Shown: in pieces, positions 39,301 through 51,245 of the stretch
How the letters are laid out: every line of letters starts with the position of its first letter
Position numbering within the stretch: the stretch's first letter is position 1
NCBI GenBank assembly: GCA_024137785.1
Contig: JAHRHZ010000025.1
Location: 22,670,921-22,734,920 of the forward strand
DNA: 64,000 nucleotides
Direction: 5' to 3'
Source: Ginglymostoma cirratum
Taxonomy: Eukaryota
The notes under the pieces: generated by a model
What the model was told of the DNA's origin: nothing
The model's input: the letters and a program-made list of their open reading frames with translations, nothing else
The model's database searches: none
Made by a program: the position numbers and the translations under genes

Positions 39301-42300
39301 GTTCCCTCTAGTTCTGTTCTTTACCCAAACAAAGTGGTGGGGAAGGGGGTGCAGTTGGTGGTGGAGAAGGCTTTTATTAGCTGGTTTTAAATTGCATTTA
39401 AGTTATCTACTCACCTAAGTTAGCAATTTTATTGTCCTGGATTCTTTTTTGCATGAAATACACGTTTACTGAAATAACAAACCCAATGGCTCCAAATTTT
39501 TCTCAGCAGCATTCCAAAAAAAAGAGGAAAATTAAAACGTCCATCTCCCCCAATGAGTTAAAGGGTGGCAACCTTGATCTAATAGTAAGGGTTCGTGTGG
39601 TGGCACAGTAGTAGTGTCCCTGTCTGTGGTTCAAAGTCTCACACGCTCCAGAAGTATTTATAGTGTCCCTGAACAGGTTGATTGGAAAATATCTACTGCC
39701 TCGTTGCAATATGAGCATTATTTGTAACCTAGTTGGACAGAAACTAGTCTTAAAAACCAGTCTTTAGCACTGAAAGAGTTAAAACATTAATGCATGCAAA
39801 ATAGTTTCCTTTTTGGCTTAGGAAAAAGCCTTATTTCTGTAGTCAGCAGGCAGAACAATAATAAGCTTGATGAGAGAAGGCAGCAAATTATTTTCAACAA
39901 AAGTACTCCCTCTGCAGTAAAGCTGCCCAAATTACGCCACAAGATTTGGACTATATTCTGAAAAGTATTTTTCAGCCTCCCACCCAGTAATCAGATTTAG
40001 CGCAGCTCAATTTAAAAAAAAGGTAAAACAAAAACAAATAACATCATTAAATTATTGGAAAAAATGTACATGCGGTGGAAACAACTATGCCATTTTAGTA
40101 ATTGTAAGCACTGTTACTATGAAAGGAGTGAGTGTGACATCTACAAACTTCTGATAGGATTATTTTAAAATTTGCTTCCATGCATAATTTATTTATTTTA
40201 CCATCTTGTAGTTGTCCCCAAAAATAAATTTCCAAATGGTAATTGCAATAAAAAAGCCATTATACTACTGTAATTTGGAATGATTGTTAAGTTGCTGTGC
40301 TTCTCATACAGACTTTCTTTCATGACTTTTATACTGCATCAAGAATCATTTCAGAATTAGTGCAGAACAGTCTGAAGCTGTGGAATCCACCTCAAGCAGG
40401 TCAGGACAGATTCCACAACCATAGTCTAAAGGAGAAACAACAGTAACCAATGTTAGGACACATGGCTACTTCAATTATAATTCATGAATATAAAAATGAT
40501 TGGTCAATTGTTATTAAAATACATTTCAATTAATGGGAAAATTACATTTTTAACAAGGGAATTGGCATAGAGGAAGTCCATACAATACCAAGAATATTAA
40601 TACAAATAGAGTATCTTCTGTAAAGGAAATTTAATAAGTTTTAATAGTTTAAGAATAGTAATACAATTGCCCTGCTAAGCAAACAAATACTCAGGAAGAT
40701 ATGTGCAAGTAACACTTAAATAAACATGTATGGCACCAAAAAAACCTAAAGGACAAAATGAAAAGATTAAAGTAAAAGCTATTTTTATGGCTGATTATCA
40801 TCCTATTTAAAGCTGCAATCCCATCAGATTGCAACTTCACTTAAGAAAAATGCAATAGTTCCAATAAAAAGAAACTGAACAGTTTGTAACACTTACTTTT
40901 CTATATACACAGAAGCCATTTCAGTGATTTACAACTAAGATATTCTTTCTTTAGTCTGTGTTCTACCTTCATATCTGTCTTTTTTTAAAAAAAGCTAATG
41001 GGCCTGATTTGTTAAATTACAGCAATTGAGATCCTCAACTCTAAGCCACAGTCTTGGAGTAGCTGAATGTTTGCTGTATCTGTACAACTTCCAACTCTGC
41101 TTACAATATTTCAGAGCTTTGAGTTTAACAATTGACCAGTGTTGGAACTGTGCAATTCTGTTCAAGTTTGGAAATGCTGTTTAAGGTTCTTTTCTGATAA
41201 CAAACACAAAGTCCAGCAGCCACTCCTTCACGGAGATATCATTCAGGAGTATAAATCACACAAATGTGATTACTCATTATCCGACAGGTTCAGTAACCGG
41301 CCATGAAAACTACTTAATCATGTTCTAAAAAAATGTGACTGGTATTGTAGCTGTTAAGAGTAAGGGTTTTATGAGAGTAAACTTCTTAATTCAAAATGCT
41401 CTGATAACAATGTTTAGAATACTAGATTCCAAATTTGCCGTGCTACTCACAATTACTTAGTTCATTGTTTTAATGGAAGAAACAACTGTAAATAAGCAGA
41501 AACAGAACACATATAGCTTTGCATTTTCCCTTTTCTCCATCTTATGCAGCACAGCCCAGACCTGAAAGGATGTTGAAATAAGTTGGTTCCAGTGAGATGG
41601 AGATATATGAAAAAGTAATTCAAATATAGATTTTCCGTAATTTTCAGGATGGAATCAGAAGCAATTTTACAAATAAATTGTTAATGTGGCAATGTTGTTC
41701 TAGATTTCAGACAGCAAATAGCTTTTTATGTAAGCATAACAGTAACATAAATTACATCAATAAAATGTAATTACAACTGCTATCATAATAGCAATAATTA
41801 CATAGGATTACACAGGATCTATTGCAGAGCAACAGTCTATTTAGCTCTGCCACTCTATTCAAGCCTCCTTCCCTTATTTTCTCATCTTTAATATATAAAT
41901 CACTGACTATCCATTCTCCCTAATCCGCTTGTCTAGTTTCCCCTTAATTTTATCTGTACTATTCCCTTTAACCATTCCCTATGACTGTGGAGTTTTAATT
42001 AAAATTTTATTCTGTTGCAATTATTTCTAAGGATAAATGTAAACATTTTGTTGCTTACAAACAATGAGGTATATATAGCAAATCCAGAAAGAATCTGGAT
42101 AAGTCAGGAAAAAACCCAGAGTGGAACCAGATTAGGAATTTTCTAGTTGGGCTGAAAATTTACTTAACTATCAATGAAATTCCTCCCTGAACAGTCAGCT
42201 TCCATCATACCTAATGCATAGACTCGACACATCAGAAGAGATCCAGTTCCTGACCTCAGCCAACACAGCAATCGGGGTCCGTAATCCTGCATTTGTTTTA

Positions 42301-42584
42301 AGTTCAAATTTCCAGCATCTGCAGAACCTTGCATTTCAACATGAAACAGGTGAACGCTTCATCGCAATTCAGATGTGTGATCTTGCTGTGCACAAATGGC
42401 TGCTGCACTTCTTACAATAGTGACTACACAACTAATCAACTACTTTAGCACATCCTGGACAGCACTATACCAATGCAAGTCTGTCCATCGTTCATTCCAA
42501 ATCATGACTTCATTGTGGTTCAGTTCTTCCTCATGTCTAGACTATGAGTTGGAATTGCAAATTGTCTTTCTGCAAAGTTTTTAG

Positions 42585-43300
42585 TGGGGTACCTCAGGGA
42601 TCGGTGCTTTGACAGCAGCTATTCACCATAAATTATTTAGATGATTGAACAAAATGTAATATCTCCAAATTTGCAGATGACAGAAATCTAGGTGGTAGGG
42701 CAAGCTGTGAGGAGGATGCAGAGATGCTTCAGTGTGATCTGGACAAGCTTAATGAGTGAGCAAATGCATGGCAGGTGCAGCATAATGTGGATGTGTGGTA
42801 TCTATTTTGGTACACAAATGAGAAAGAAATGAATTAGAAACAGAGAGGAGAATATTCAAGAAGCCCTGGGTCTCTTTGTTCACCAGCCACTGAAGGTAAG
42901 CATATAGTTGCAGTAGGTAGTAAAGACAGCAAATGGTATGTTGGCCTTCATAGCAAAAGGATTCAAGTGCAAGAGCAGGAATGCCTTGCAGCAATTACAC
43001 AGAGCCTTGGGGAGACCACACCTGGAATATCGTGCGCAGTTTTGGTCTCCTTATTTGAGGATGTTCTTGCAATAGAGGGAGTGTAGCGAAGATTTACCAA
43101 ACTGATTCCTGGGATAGCATATGAGCAGAGGTTAAATCGCTTGTACAATTTCAAGAAAGAGTTGGATATAACACTTGGAGCTGGAGGGGTCATAGGATGT
43201 GGTGGGAAAAACAGGAACAGGCTATTGAGTTGGATGATCAGTCATGGCTATAATGAATGGCAGAGTAGGCTCAAAGGCCTGAATAACCTCTTCTTATCTC
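42585..43300 (+). mobile_element. CR1 LINE fragment
   Basis: GVPQGSVL, ISKFADD, ANGMLAFI and RPHLEY motifs, with an internal deletion and CR1-like tail. Confidence 0.88.
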
Positions 43301-44334
43301 CTGTAAAAGGAGAACTACAACTTTTCCAGCCCAGTTCTACGTATGCATCAAGAACATGGGTTGGGAACTGCTTTGTATGGATAGTGCAGAAGAGAGATAT
43401 ATTTCTTCCATTTTGTTACTTTTTTTTAAAAAAATTACTTCTTTCTTTAAAGGTAGGAAAAATGCAGGTCTGATTCCACAGGGTGTGGCAGCCCTGTGGT
43501 ATTCTACTCACACAATTACCACTCTTGCAGATAAAACGGTTTATAGTTAATTAAAATTAACTTCATTAATTAAAGTTAGGAATCCAAGCAACTGACCAAT
43601 TTCCCTCTGAAGCTGAGGGAGTGATTTTTATTGTGTCGTCTGAGTCCTTGACAGACCAAGGACTATACATGGGACCATAACTACTGAACCCAGCATGGCA
43701 GAGGTAGGTGATGACTGTGGCATGTTCTGCATTCACTCATCTGACAGTAAAACTATCAGCCTGGTTTACTTTCCTCATTAAGGCTATTTCAATGTTATCC
43801 ATCAACTGAAAGGGAAAGCTCAGGCTTTCACATAAAACCTTAACATATAATTTGATTAGTTTTAAGTGATAGACTAACTCTTCTTTACAATGCTAGACAT
43901 CAACACTCTGATAACAACAAACCATAAATTATGACACTGCGTCTGATGGAGTTAGAAATTAGAACAATATTTAGAAGATGGTATAAGAGAAATAAAGGGT
44001 AGAGAAGACACATTAATTCTCTTCTAAATTAGATAAAAACAAACATCTTCAAGCAATTTGAATTCCTTGTTGGTATAATTGCATCAAATAACCTAGAGTA
44101 TTCAATCTGCTTCTTCCAACAATCAGGTTATCAGTCTTCTATGGGTGAGAAAAACCTATTGATGTGGTGAGGCTGGTGGTTTTGTCGATGGTGATGTACT
44201 CGGACAAAGTGTCACAGAGGATGGTAGCTCTGGAGCATGTGGCATTACTGTGCTGAAGATAAAGTTGGACAATGGCTGAGGCAAGCAATGACTGCAGTTG
44301 CCAGGCACACACTGATTCACATTGAAAATCATTA

Positions 44335-45655
44335 CAGCTCACCTATCCGTCGCACCCCTTCCCACTGACCGATCCCTACAGACCCCCACCTGCGTCCACC
44401 TATCACCATCCCACCAACTTGCCCCCAGCCCCACCCCTCTCCATTTATTTATTTCTGAGGCAGACACCTTATATTCTGCCTCAGGAACTTACAACCCAAT
44501 GGCTTCAACATAAAGTTCACCATCTTCAAACTCTCCCCACCCCCAGCCCATGTCCAGCTCTCCCTCGGAGGATGATGCATTGGATCCGGAGTTTGGTGGG
44601 GTGTGTGGAGTCCTCATGTACCACCCCACTAACCTCCGGTTCCAACGCATCATCCTCCAGCACTTCCGCCATCTGCAATCTGACCCCACTACCAAAGACA
44701 TTTTTCCCTCCCCACCCTTATCTGCCTTCCGGAGGGACCACTCTCTCCGTGACTCCCTTGTCCGCTCCACACTCTCCACCAGCCCCACCATCCCCACCAA
44801 CCCCAGCACTTTTCCCTGCAACCGCAGGAAGTGCTACACCTGCCCCTACACCTCCCCCCTCACCCCCATCCCAGGCCCCAAGAAAACCTTCCACACCAAA
44901 CAGATGTTCACCTGCACATCTGCCAATGTGGTATATTGTAGCCGCTGTTCCAGATGCAGCCTCCTCTACATCAGGGAAACCAAGCGGAGGCTTGGAGACC
45001 ACTTTGTGGAACACCTACGCTTGGTTCGCAACAAACGACTCCCCCTCCCACTTCTTGGAATGACATGTCCATCCTGGGCCTCCTCCAGTGCCACAATGAT
45101 GCCACCTGAAGGTTACAGGAACAACGCCTCATACTTCGCCTGGGAACCCTGCAGCCCAATGGTATCAATGTGGACTTCACAAGCTTCAACATCTCCCCTC
45201 CCCCGACCGCTTCCCAAAACCAGCCCAGCTCATCCCCGCCTCCCTAACCTGTCCTTCCTCCCACCTATCCACTCCTCCCATCTCAAGCGCACCCCCCACT
45301 CCCCACCTCCTACCTACCAGCCTTAACCTGCCCCCTTGACCTGCCAGTCTTCTCTGGACTGACCTACCCCCACCCTAACTCCCCACCTACTCTCACCTTT
45401 ACTGGCTCCATCCCCGCCTCTTTGACTTGTCTGTCTCCTCTCCACCTATCTGCTCCTTTATCCATCTTCCATCCGCCTCCCCCTCTCTCTCTATTTATTT
45501 CAGAATCCCCTTCCCCTCCCCCATTTCTGAAGAAGGGTCCAGACCTGAAATGTCAGCTTTCCTGCTCCTCTGATGCTGCTTGGCCGGCTGTGTTTATCCA
45601 GCTCCACACCTTGTTATCTCAGATTCTCCAGCATCAGCAGTTCCCACTAACTCTG
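44335..45655 (+). mobile_element. Penelope-like element (GIY-YIG endonuclease region plus terminus)
   Basis: ORF 44550-45326 has PCNRRKCYTC and FTCTSANVVYCSRCSRCSLLYIRETKRRLGDHFVEHLR; C-rich 3' region; terminus ctgaagaagggtccagacctgaaatgtc; possible TSD aatcatta. Confidence 0.92.
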
Positions 45656-45660
45656 AATCA

Positions 45661-46242
45661 TTATTAACACTTGGCCACCACAAACCAGTTAACCTTGTGG
45701 TAATTTTTCTGACACCACCTACTTAAAACTCAAAAAACAAGGTCAGCAGATTATGAGACCCCACTTTCATGATTTTCAATAGGAATACAGACTGATATCA
45801 AGTGAGTATGTCTTTCTGCTTCACAGGAAGTTTCTTTAATTCCTGATCTTGCTTTGGAACACCTGCACTGCACTGCACTGCACTGCACATGCACAGACTC
45901 CATCAAAATCCCCACCTGCTAGCACTTCCAGACCGGATCATGCCTGACTGCTTCCAGCCAGAATTGAAAGCCCCTTGGGGCCCACCTTCCTGGATAAGTG
46001 GAAAGAAGAGTGATAAAGGGAGTGGTATTTCACCAGCAGCCAAGACCTCCCAATTATTCTACATCTCTCATGTCTCTTTACAGAACCAAACAAGAGTCAA
46101 GCTCAATGGGGTCTTGTCGCTTCTCTGATTCTGCCAAGCCTGTTCACTTAGCTCTGTTTTAGCTAGGAAGTACGTAAGGACAGTGGGAAGCGTATTCATA
46201 CATTCACACACCTCACTGAGCAGGTCACATGGCATTTGGTTA
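45661..46242 (-). pseudogene. Degraded 28S rRNA fragment beginning exactly at the R2 target site
   Basis: Colinear with antisense 28S: cttggccaccacaaaccagttaaccttgtggtaatttttctgacacc, agtggtatttcacc, cctcccaattattctacatctctcatgtctctt, agagtcaagctcaa, ggacagtgggaa, ggcatttggtta (= TAGCCAAATGCC). Confidence 0.9.
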
Positions 46243-49200
46243 TTTTGAAACACTTAAGTGCGTGCCTTTTCCATGTTTTCACATTGCTCGACATTGGAAT
46301 ATATTTCAATTCATGTAACCACACTGCATGTTGAGTAGAGGCCTGCCATCAGAGATCACATTCGGTCAGGTGACCATTCCAAATTAACAAGGGGATGTTT
46401 TGTGCTAGAGGAATTGAGGCTGAGCACTGTTCTGGGGTTAGTTGACTGAAGACATTGACATCATTTGACATAGTCTACTGTTGAGCAAATAACATTGAAC
46501 CATGCAAATTAGCTCTTCATTGATGAAGTCCTGCATTATGATGATACTGAAGCCATGATTTTTTTCTTTTCCTCTTTACTGCTACCATTATTTTGTGACC
46601 TATGTTGGTGTCTACTCCACACGGCCTCAGACAAAGCAGCTTAGACTAGCACCCGGAGCCAACGTTAGTCATCTCCTATTCAGAGCTGGGTCTTGCAATA
46701 TTATTACCCCACCCTGTTGTTGATGATTTGAAGCTACTCTAGCGGCAGGGATATTAGTCAGTCTTAATGTTTGCCAGGTGAATGATTTGCATTTGCAGGA
46801 ATTGCATGAGTAAATTTTTTTTTGAGCCACTTGCCTCTTGAATCCATCACAAAGCCACCAGGAACTTGGTGGCCCCTGTAAATTCCATGATCTCTTGTAC
46901 AGGCTCTTTACATTTCAGGTTTTTATCCTCCTGTGTCTGTTTTAGTGCCTTGTCATTATCCTCTTAACAGACTATGACATCCCACTGCAACTTCTTGACT
47001 CTTCTAAATATTATGACAGGTTTTTAGTGAGAGCCACTGCTCTAACTAGAAACTAGGCTAAACGGCAAAGTCCAGCCATCTTTGGTGGTGTATCATTAAT
47101 AATTGGCCCAAGGGCTTCTTGTGGCACTTTATTCTTGTGTTCTCAGCACCCAGAAATATGCAACAGTTTCATTAGGAGCCTTGCATTTCTAACAATTTTT
47201 AAAATCATATATGGTTGACCAAGCTCGAGGTTCAACCCTTTAGGGTAAAGATTGCATCGTAGCAAGAAACTGTCAATCAGATGAGACAAATTAAATTATA
47301 TACAGATTGGACCCATGTTTTGAGACTTCATCATATTTGTGGTATATGTCATGACCATATCATGGCTTTTGGAAGTTTAACCACATTGCAAATTCCCATT
47401 CCCTCCACAGTGCACATTTCTTCATTGGTTTCATCGCAGAGATATCGACCAAAATCAATGTCCCTTCAGGAAATGGAGACAGTAAGGACTGCAAATGCTG
47501 GAAGCTAGCCCCCAACACCTCATCTTCATCATGGACTTCCAGTCTCTGTACACCTGTACTCCCCACATGGATGGTCTAAAAGCCCTGTTCCTTCCTCTCC
47601 CATAGGCCAAACCAGTCCCCCTCCACAGATACACTCATTCGCTTGGCAGAACTGGTCTTCACCATCAACAATTTTTCCTTTGATTCCTCCCACTTCCTAT
47701 AGACCAAAAGGGTGGCTATGGGCACCTGCATGGGCCCCGGGCTATGCCTGCCTCTTTGTAGGATTCGTCGAACAGTCCCTCTTCAGCAACTACACTGACA
47801 CCATCCCTCGCCTCTTTCTCCGCTGCATTGATTACTGCTGTATCAGTGCTGCCTTGTGCTCCCGCAAGGAGCTCAAACAGTTCAATGACTTTGCCAACAC
47901 CTTCCATGAGCGCCCTCAAATTCACCTTCCTCCCCTTCCTGGACCTCTCTGTCTCGATCTCCAGTAACTGACTCACCCCGACATCCATTTCAAACCCAGT
48001 GACTCCCACAATTACCTCGACTACACCTCCACTCACCCACCGTCCTGCAAAAAAATGCTATCCCACACTCCCAATTCCTCTGACTTCGCTGCATCTGCTC
48101 CCAGGATGAGGTGTTCTACTCTAGGAGTTCTCAGATATCCTCCTACTTTAGGGACTGTAGTTTCTCCTCCTCGGTTATTAAGGATGCCCTCAACTGCATT
48201 GCCCCCATTTCCCATGCTTCTGCCCTCAAACCCTCTCCACCCAACAATGATAGAGCTCACTTAGCCCTCACGTACCACCCCACCAACCTCCAACTACAAC
48301 ACATCATCCTCCTACATTTCCGCCACCTACAATCAGACCCCACCATCAAAAAGATATTTCCCTCCCCACCCCTGTCCGCTTTCCGCAGGGACCGTTTATT
48401 CCACGATTCCCTCATCAGCTCCACACTCCCCACCAACCCCCTCCACCAAGCCCGGTACCTTTCTCTGCAACCACAGGAGGAAATACACCTCCCTTCTCAC
48501 CTCCATCCAAAGCCCTAAATAATCCGTCTAAGTCTGGCAGAGATTCACCTGCACTTAGCATCTGCGCTCTGCAGGTACCAACCAACATGACCTTCCAGTT
48601 GCAATGCACCTGAACTCACCTTCCCACTCCCCCAGTGACATGTCCATCCTTGGCCTCCTCTGCTGTCAGTGTGAGGCCAAATGTAAACTGAAAAAACACC
48701 TCATATTTTGCCTCAGGAGCTTACAGCCCATTGATCTGAATATTGACTTCACCATCTTCAAAATCTCTCCACCCCCAACCTGTCCATCTTCCAACTCACC
48801 TATGCATTCCACCCTTCCCATTGACCAACCACGATAACCCCCCTACCTGCATTAATCTATCTCCATCCTGCCAACCTCCCCTCAGCCCCACCCACTCCCT
48901 CTATTTATTTCTGGGCTCCCCTACCCCCTCAAAACGTTTCAGCCTGAAACACCGACTTCCCTGTTCATCAGATGCTGCGTGACCTGCTGTGCTTTCTCAG
49001 CTTCACATTTATTTTTTTTCTCTTCAGGAAATGTTCAATTTCCCAGAGCGCTAACAGTCCCTTGTTGCTGTGTTGCATTCATCTCAGAATTGGAATGGCT
49101 CCTGAATCACTGAGTCTATGGACGTTTTGAGTGCTTCACGTTTGAATTAATCACAGGTAGAATTCGCACTTCAAAAGTTGGCCTGCTGATCCCCCCACTA

Positions 49201-49600
49201 GAGTGTTTGGGGTGCAAAGTGTAAGAACTGGTGTGAAGAAGCTTTGGTGATTTGATGAGCATTTCCTGTGACACTTCAGACAGGATCTGATGGAAACGCA
49301 ACCTGGTGATCACGAGAGCCCTCAGCACCTCAATTTTTTTGTGCTGGTTGGTGAGCAGCTGCTCTCAGGCTAACCACCCATGCTTTCTGGTTCCAATCAT
49401 CCTCTGCCATGCCTGCCCAGGAATCTATACAGCCACCTAGGTTTATCTATATCTAAGCTGGTGGGATATAGGATGCAGCTTTGCCCTGAAGCTCCCACTT
49501 CTTGCCAAGGTTGTAAAGGAAGATCTATTCTTATGGGTGATGAGGAAGCCTTTTATCTTTGTGGTATTAGTGGTTATGCTTATGCTATAATGATTGGACA
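46243..49600 (-). mobile_element. R2-clade non-LTR retrotransposon, degraded 3' half (RT end, zinc knuckle, restriction-like endonuclease, 3' UTR)
   Basis: Minus-strand motifs in R2 order: HKKIEVLRALVITRLRFH (about 49300), GGI.RP.F (about 49190), LLRCNLYP (about 47250), C*KCKAPNETVA/ISG..RIKCH (about 47120-47200), KP(V)IIF..DV.V (about 47000), GFVMDSRGKW (about 46830-46860). 3' end abuts 28S; 5' limit approximate. Confidence 0.82.
47476..49021 (+). mobile_element. Penelope-like element (RT plus endonuclease fragment) inserted in the R2 ORF
   Basis: FIMDFQSLYT, VAMGTCMGPGYACLFVG and LTYHPTNLQLQHIIL motifs; 12-bp TSD cttcaggaaatg at 47464-47475 and 49022-49033. Confidence 0.92.
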
Positions 49601-49689
49601 AGCTTAATGTTCAGTTCCAAACCAGCATGCCAGACACTATACTGTCCACAAAGGTTACAGAGAAACAGCTGTAGACAGTCTGCAGAGTG

Positions 49690-51245
49690 ATAAAGGCAGT
49701 TAAAATGAGTGGAAAAAAGCTTGGCAGATGGAACATGATGTAGGAAAATGCGAGGTTTTGCACTTTGGCAGGAAGAACACAAGCTGAATAGGATTTAAAT
49801 GGAAAAAGACTGCAGAAAGGTGTAGCGCAGAGGATTTGGCAGCGCTTCTGTATGAATTACAAAAAGCAAGCATTCAAGTTCAGCAGTTAATGAGGAAGGC
49901 AAATGGAATGTTGGCCATTATTTCAAAGGAAATGGAGCATAAAAATAGGGAGGATTTGCTAAAATTATACAAGGCACTCATTAGACCACACCTAGAATAC
50001 TATGAACAGTTTTGGTCCCCTCAGAAAGGAAATAATTTACTGTCACTGAAGACAGTCCAAAGAAGGTTCACTTGGTTCATCCCAGATATAAAGGGATTTC
50101 CCATGAAGACAGGTTAAGTAGTTAGACATAGACTCATTGGAATTTACAATTGGAATTAACAAGATTCTTAAGAGACTTGACATGTTAAATGCAGAAATGT
50201 TTTTTGAATCGAGGACTATAGAGTTTAATTTCAGGGTGTTAAACCGTTATTAAATTAGAAAGGGTGCAAAAAAGATTTTACAAGGACTTTACCAAGACTG
50301 GAGGGTTTGACTTAAGAAGAGGCTGGGACTTTTTTTCCTGGAGCATAAGAGGCTGATGGGAGTGACCTTATAGTGGCTTGTAAGGTCACGAGAGGCAAAG
50401 ATAAGGTCTTTTCCCCCGGGGAGGGGAATCTAAAACTAGAGGGCATAGTCTTAAGGTTGAGACAGGAAAGATTTACAAGGGATCTGAGGGGCAACTTTTC
50501 TACAGAGGGTGGTGCACATAAGGAATGAGCTGCCAGAAGAAGTGGTAGAGGTCGAGTATAGTTACAAGATTTAAAAGGCATTGGGCAGGTACATGGATAG
50601 GAAAGGTTTAGAAGGAAATGAGCCAAATTAAGACAAATGGGACTAGTTCAGTTTAGGAAACCAGGTTGGCATGGACGAGTTGGGCTGAAGGGTCTATTTC
50701 TGTGCTGAATGACTCTATGACTAGTAAGGGATTGCCCACTTAAGTCAAAGATAATTAGGAATTTATTCTCAGAGGGTAGTGAATCTATGAAATTTCTTTC
50801 AAAGAAAGCAAAATACAATAAATGTTGGAAATTGGAAATAAAAAGTGAGAGTGGCTGAAAAACCCAACATGCCCTGGAACATCCATGGAGAGACAAACAG
50901 AGTTAATGTTTCCAGTCCAAAGGCCCTATTCCAAAGAAGTGCCTTTGGTGTTGAAACATTAACTTTGTTTCTGTCTTCATAGGTGCTGCCAGACCAGCTG
51001 CGTTTCTCCGGTAACTTATTTTCATTTCTGTAGAATTCTTTACCGCAGAGGGCTGTTAAGGCAGGATCACAAACATCATTCAAGGCAGAGAGGCAGATTT
51101 TCAACCTGTAAGGGAATCAAGGGGTATGGGGAAAAGGAAAGTAAGTGAAATTGAGGATTGCCAGATTAGACATAATCTATTTGGATGGTACAGCAGCCTC
51201 GATGAGCCTTCAAATAGCCTACTTCTGCATCTATGTCTTATGATT
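49690..51245 (+). mobile_element. CR1 LINE with a nested CR1 3' end (about 50255-50722) and inverted Penelope-like termini (about 50800-51025)
   Basis: KANGMLAII...LLKLYKALIRPHLEY..QFWSP; nested copy ends gactctatgact; outer copy resumes gaattctttaccgcagagggctg. Confidence 0.85.

Larger units (their letters stand above)
21190..41324 (-). pseudogene. Possible decayed multi-exon gene, unidentified; candidate exons 41105-41324, 40202-40425, 35664-35753, 33561-33700, 32449-32598, 30078-30219, 28654-28756, 26354-26499, 23665-23758, 21190-21299
   Basis: AG/GT-bounded segments (one AAG|gcaagt GC donor) with chainable phases and protein-like codon usage (ILLNDISVKEWLLDFVFVIRKEP; AIVFLLENDGGN*MGDSKASLSFLLKRLVSPAALDDILVTMIDRILHW; final QLDTMAREEFKIGGKDMLPDPTISFPVEELKMFLI*). 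There are many in-frame stops, some splice sites are weak, and I recognise no family. Confidence 0.4.

Noticed and set aside
28654-41324. Faint resemblance of ghost-gene peptides to FANCA, GREB1L or a kinase N-lobe
   Set aside because: Only scattered residues match, spacing is inconsistent and no diagnostic motif such as HRD or DFG is present; not assignable without a profile search.
46068-46556. Protein-looking minus-strand readings, including ORF 46068-46253, first considered an exon of the ghost gene
   Set aside because: 46068-46242 is decayed 28S rRNA and the rest is the R2 3' UTR. This shows that by-eye coding calls can mislead here.
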